From: Nitrosopumilus sp.
GTDB taxonomy: Archaea > Thermoproteota > Nitrososphaeria > Nitrososphaerales > Nitrosopumilaceae
Direction of reading: 5' to 3'
Length of the DNA stretch: 64,000 bases
Assembly: GCA_965238275.1 (NCBI GenBank)
Contig: OZ250186.1
Coordinates: forward strand, 1,344,001 to 1,408,000
A program made the translations under genes and the position numbers. Numbering within the stretch: the stretch's first letter is position 1; each line of letters begins with the position of its first letter. This document shows, piece by piece, positions 60,763 to 64,000 of the stretch. The notes under the pieces are model-generated. The model did not search any database. It had not been told where the DNA came from and saw only the letters and a program-made list of their open reading frames with translations.

Positions 60763-61975
60763 GGGTGTGTCCTAGAGACATATACCCCCGGATGACAAAA
60801 GATATGGATCGGCAGATCACGGCATCGCCTAATGACTACAAAGAAACGCGATCAACGACAATACGATTTGGTTCAGCAGTACCTGTCTGGTCTCATGCTG
60901 AATACCGTGCTGGGAATAATCAAGGAGCTTGGGAATCCGTACGCCGTCAGGCCCGGCCTGGGCGGCATGACTGCATATCCGCCTGGCGCCATGGCAGCTG
61001 TCTGCATCATGCTTGAGGCACAGCGCACGACCTACCGTAAGATGGTCGGCATTCTCCGGAATAACGGCACCATGGCAGCCAAGATGGGCCTGGACCGGAT
61101 TCCCTCCAAGAGCACGATAGCGCGCGCCTACGGCCTGATCCCGGAATGGTATCTGGCAGAGGCACACCGGATTGCCATCAGGGAGGTGGAGGCAGGCTCC
61201 CTGGCAGCAGACAGCACCGGATACTCGTACCTGCGGTTTGTCAGGTGGCTTGACGTCAGGACCGACAGTTTTCGCACCAGGAAGGGATGGGTCAAACTGC
61301 ACGCAATCGTGGATATCCGCACCAGGGTGATAATCGACTGCATGGTGACAGACAGCGCGGTGGCAGACATAAACGGGTTGTATGTGATGCTCTGCAGGCT
61401 AAGCCGGGGCACCGGCGACTTTTGCCTGGATTCTGCGTATCTGGCAAGGCTCATGTGCAACATGATATCTGCCATGGGAATGGTGCCCCGCATCAAGCCA
61501 AAGTCCAACACCGTACGCAACGCCAAGGGAAGCCAGTCGTGGCGCGAGATGGTGAGCCTGTACATGGATGATCGGGACAAATTTGATTCGCAGTACCACC
61601 AGCGGAGCATCATCGAGGCAGTCTTTGCCGCCCTCAAGAAGATGTACGGGGATGGCACCAGATGCCGAAAACACGAGAACCGGGCAAATGAGGTTGCGAT
61701 CCGCATCATGTGCTACAACGTCGAGCTCGTGGCCAGATTGCAGGCAAAAGACGGTAGGCTCACACAGGATCAAATCGCGATACTTGCAGCGTAACCGGCA
61801 CGTCTTGACACGCGCCTCCTAGCGGAGCCTCCGCACAGCGTCTTGGATTTGGGGGATTTTATGGGTTGTGGGGGATCGACGGTGCTGCACTGTTGATGCC
61901 GACGGGTTCTGGCACCAATCGTGTCTTTGACATCTTGGCACATGGGATGGCATTTTTTATTACTAGGACACACCC
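60763..61975 (+). mobile_element. Second IS5-family element, 9-bp TSD AGATTCTGC
   Basis: 13-bp TIR GGGTGTGTCCTAG; AGATTCTGC at 60754-60762 and 61976-61984. Confidence 0.92.
60832..61794 (+). CDS. IS5-family transposase
   Basis: ADSTG, KLH, DSAY and YHQRSIIE.VF..LK motifs. Confidence 0.9.
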   Translation: MTTKKRDQRQYDLVQQYLSGLMLNTVLGIIKELGNPYAVRPGLGGMTAYPPGAMAAVCIMLEAQRTTYRKMVGILRNNGTMAAKMGLDRIPSKSTIARAYGLIPEWYLAEAHRIAIREVEAGSLAADSTGYSYLRFVRWLDVRTDSFRTRKGWVKLHAIVDIRTRVIIDCMVTDSAVADINGLYVMLCRLSRGTGDFCLDSAYLARLMCNMISAMGMVPRIKPKSNTVRNAKGSQSWREMVSLYMDDRDKFDSQYHQRSIIEAVFAALKKMYGDGTRCRKHENRANEVAIRIMCYNVELVARLQAKDGRLTQDQIAILAA

Positions 61976-62166
61976 AGATTCTGCAGGCTCGTTCTGTCCG
62001 GGTACAGGCATGTGATGTCCTCCCGTATCTGCGCCTGTATGTGGGTGGAATCATAACATGTGCTGCTGTATGTACTCATCCATGCCTGCAGAATCCACGT
62101 GTTGATTCTTGCTGCACGCCGATGACGCACCGCATTGCAGGGATAAGATTATAATTTCATTGCAGT

Positions 62167-63390
62167 GTGGAGATGTGCATGTCTTGGATGTTGCTGGCCG
62201 TAATGGCAGTACTGGCAGTGGTGGTGGTGGCCCAGTCTGGAACCGCCCACTCCCAGGAACCCGGCCTTGCCACATTTCAAGAGACTGCCCAGATAATCAT
62301 TGACAAGCGCACGTCGCAGAGCGTGACTGCATCAGTAACGCTGCAGAGCACCGACATTGGCGAGATAATCATTCCGGAGGAACTGGCACGGCAGCTGGCA
62401 GGCGACCCCCTGATAGACGCCGTGGTGCTTACAAATCATGACCCGTGCATAGCTGGTGTAAGCGACCAGTCATGCATCCTGATAAACGTGGCAAGGGATC
62501 CGGAGAGCAACGGAATCGCCAGCCTCCGAGAATCTACAAGGGCGGTGGGGGATGCGTACATCGACGCGTTTAACCAGCTGTTTGATACCGGGGCCGCATT
62601 CCATTCCATATACATCCACACTGATGATGCGGCAAACCGAATCCTTGGTACCTCCGGCGCAGTATCCGGCAGGGGCACGGTATCTGCAGTATACACGATG
62701 CCAATGGAGGAGACGCACTTGATGTATGAGAAGATATCGACGATGCTTGTCTCCGAGGAGATTCGAAACGGCCAGGGGTTTTACGGCATTGCCCGGGATC
62801 TGTCGTCCCACGAGAACGCCAAGGTGTCATTTTCCATAATCCCGCTGGATTCGAATCTTCTTTTCCAGCTGAGACTCTCGACAGTATATGCCGGGGAGGA
62901 ATTCCCTGAAAAAATCAGTCCGATGGACTATCTCCAGACAGGGGAGATTACAAGATCAGACTATCTGACATCCGGCGGATTCTACCCGCTGAACTCGCTG
63001 GTCCAGGTGGTGGTTTTGTCAGATGGGGACGATGATGATGCTGCCGTATCTGACGTCATGGGCAGTGTGACCCCGACGCAGCTGATCGACGGCCAGCAGA
63101 TCCCTACGGACATTACCATAAACGGCTGGGTCTTTGATCCATCCGAGGGTGACACGATACAGGGAAAGTACATCTTTGGCAGCAGGACCTCCATAGGGCA
63201 CGACGAGCTGGTGTTTTCACTTGGGGCAGGGCAGGGTATGACCCCGGATCAGGATTTGCCGACTGCAGAACCGCCTGAAGACCCCGATGCATTATCCTAT
63301 GGGCTGATAGCAGTTGCTGCTGCCGGCGGCATCGCAGCTGCAGCTGCTGCCGGCATCGCAGTGTTTTATATCAGCCGGCGCAGGAAATGA
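62167..63390 (+). CDS. Secreted, C-terminally anchored hypothetical protein
   Basis: Signal peptide, acidic body, C-terminal TM helix + RRRK. Confidence 0.8.
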   Translation: MEMCMSWMLLAVMAVLAVVVVAQSGTAHSQEPGLATFQETAQIIIDKRTSQSVTASVTLQSTDIGEIIIPEELARQLAGDPLIDAVVLTNHDPCIAGVSDQSCILINVARDPESNGIASLRESTRAVGDAYIDAFNQLFDTGAAFHSIYIHTDDAANRILGTSGAVSGRGTVSAVYTMPMEETHLMYEKISTMLVSEEIRNGQGFYGIARDLSSHENAKVSFSIIPLDSNLLFQLRLSTVYAGEEFPEKISPMDYLQTGEITRSDYLTSGGFYPLNSLVQVVVLSDGDDDDAAVSDVMGSVTPTQLIDGQQIPTDITINGWVFDPSEGDTIQGKYIFGSRTSIGHDELVFSLGAGQGMTPDQDLPTAEPPEDPDALSYGLIAVAAAGGIAAAAAAGIAVFYISRRRK

Positions 63391-63939
63391 CTAGAGAAGG
63401 ACCGCGGCTGCAAAGACTGTAGTCCACTTTCCGTCCTTGTCGCCCCTTGCAGACTGGGTAATGTTGTGCGTGTTGTATATCTGTCCCGAGATGGACCACT
63501 GCTGCCTCTTTTCATCCCAGTCCTTGTCCACGTCAAAGGGAATCCCAAGGGACGATGCAAGCATCTGGGCTGCAACATCCTCTGCATAGTCGCCTGCCTG
63601 GGTCTCGCTTTGTCCAAACGACTCGTACTCGGAGAGGTAGCCGTACCTGCTGTTGTCATTTGGCTGCGCCAGTCCCACGGATGCTGCGCACATTCTGTGC
63701 GGCTCGTTGGTCTGGTTCTTGGAATAGATTGTAAAGAGTATCTGGCCCGGCTTGATGATCTTGAGGCCGTCCTTTCTTGGGATCAGTTTGGCCTTTGGCG
63801 GGAATATGCTTGAGATCAGTACCAGATTGGTCCCTGCTATGCCTGCATCCCTTAGGGCATACTCGAAGCTTGTAAGCCGATCCTCATGAACGCCCTTTCC
63901 CCTTGTAAGAAACAACTTCTCTGCCACAAGATCCAACAT
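63391..63939 (-). CDS. pdaD: Pyruvoyl-dependent arginine decarboxylase
   Basis: SFEYALRDAGI..NLV.ISSIFP cleavage motif; GYLSE. Confidence 0.93.
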   Translation of the reverse strand: MLDLVAEKLFLTRGKGVHEDRLTSFEYALRDAGIAGTNLVLISSIFPPKAKLIPRKDGLKIIKPGQILFTIYSKNQTNEPHRMCAASVGLAQPNDNSRYGYLSEYESFGQSETQAGDYAEDVAAQMLASSLGIPFDVDKDWDEKRQQWSISGQIYNTHNITQSARGDKDGKWTTVFAAAVLL

Positions 63940-64000
63940 CGCTGTTCTGGTGCGATTCGTCATTATTTATATTTCAACTGAGTGCGCCATGGCATCCCAG

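Overview
Archaeal chromosome segment, almost certainly Nitrososphaerota (Nitrosopumilaceae-like). This follows from the housekeeping and conserved hypothetical proteins and from a tRNA with a bulge-helix-bulge (BHB) intron. The serpin, the DUF285/BspA and LVIVD surface proteins, and the heavy IS and pseudogene load suggest a host-associated lineage such as a sponge symbiont (inference). Core genes: cysS, ileS, folD, 5-formyl-THF cyclo-ligase, sucCD, a DEAD-box helicase, a DPS-like protein, xpb-bax1, ppa, oligoendopeptidase F, pdaD, rpl40e and tRNA-Val(CAC). Accessory content: six IS elements whose terminal inverted repeats (TIRs) and target-site duplications (TSDs) can be read, IS and integrase relics, two toxin-antitoxin pairs and several modular secreted proteins. 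Most notable observations: (1) rpl40e is interrupted by a 44-nt out-of-frame insert (possible mRNA intron, or an artefact). (2) A ~45-aa 'PLQQxRDGVP...C...PxC' N-terminal module sits on three unrelated secreted cargoes, and an orphan promoter+leader duplicate lies nearby. (3) A CARF-like regulator is divergent from PIN, UvrD-nuclease and RHH genes, with a palindromic operator. (4) Two different IS5-family elements sit in tandem at one AGATTCTG site. (5) IS481 elements carry 15-16 bp TSDs. All calls were made by eye; no database searches were run.
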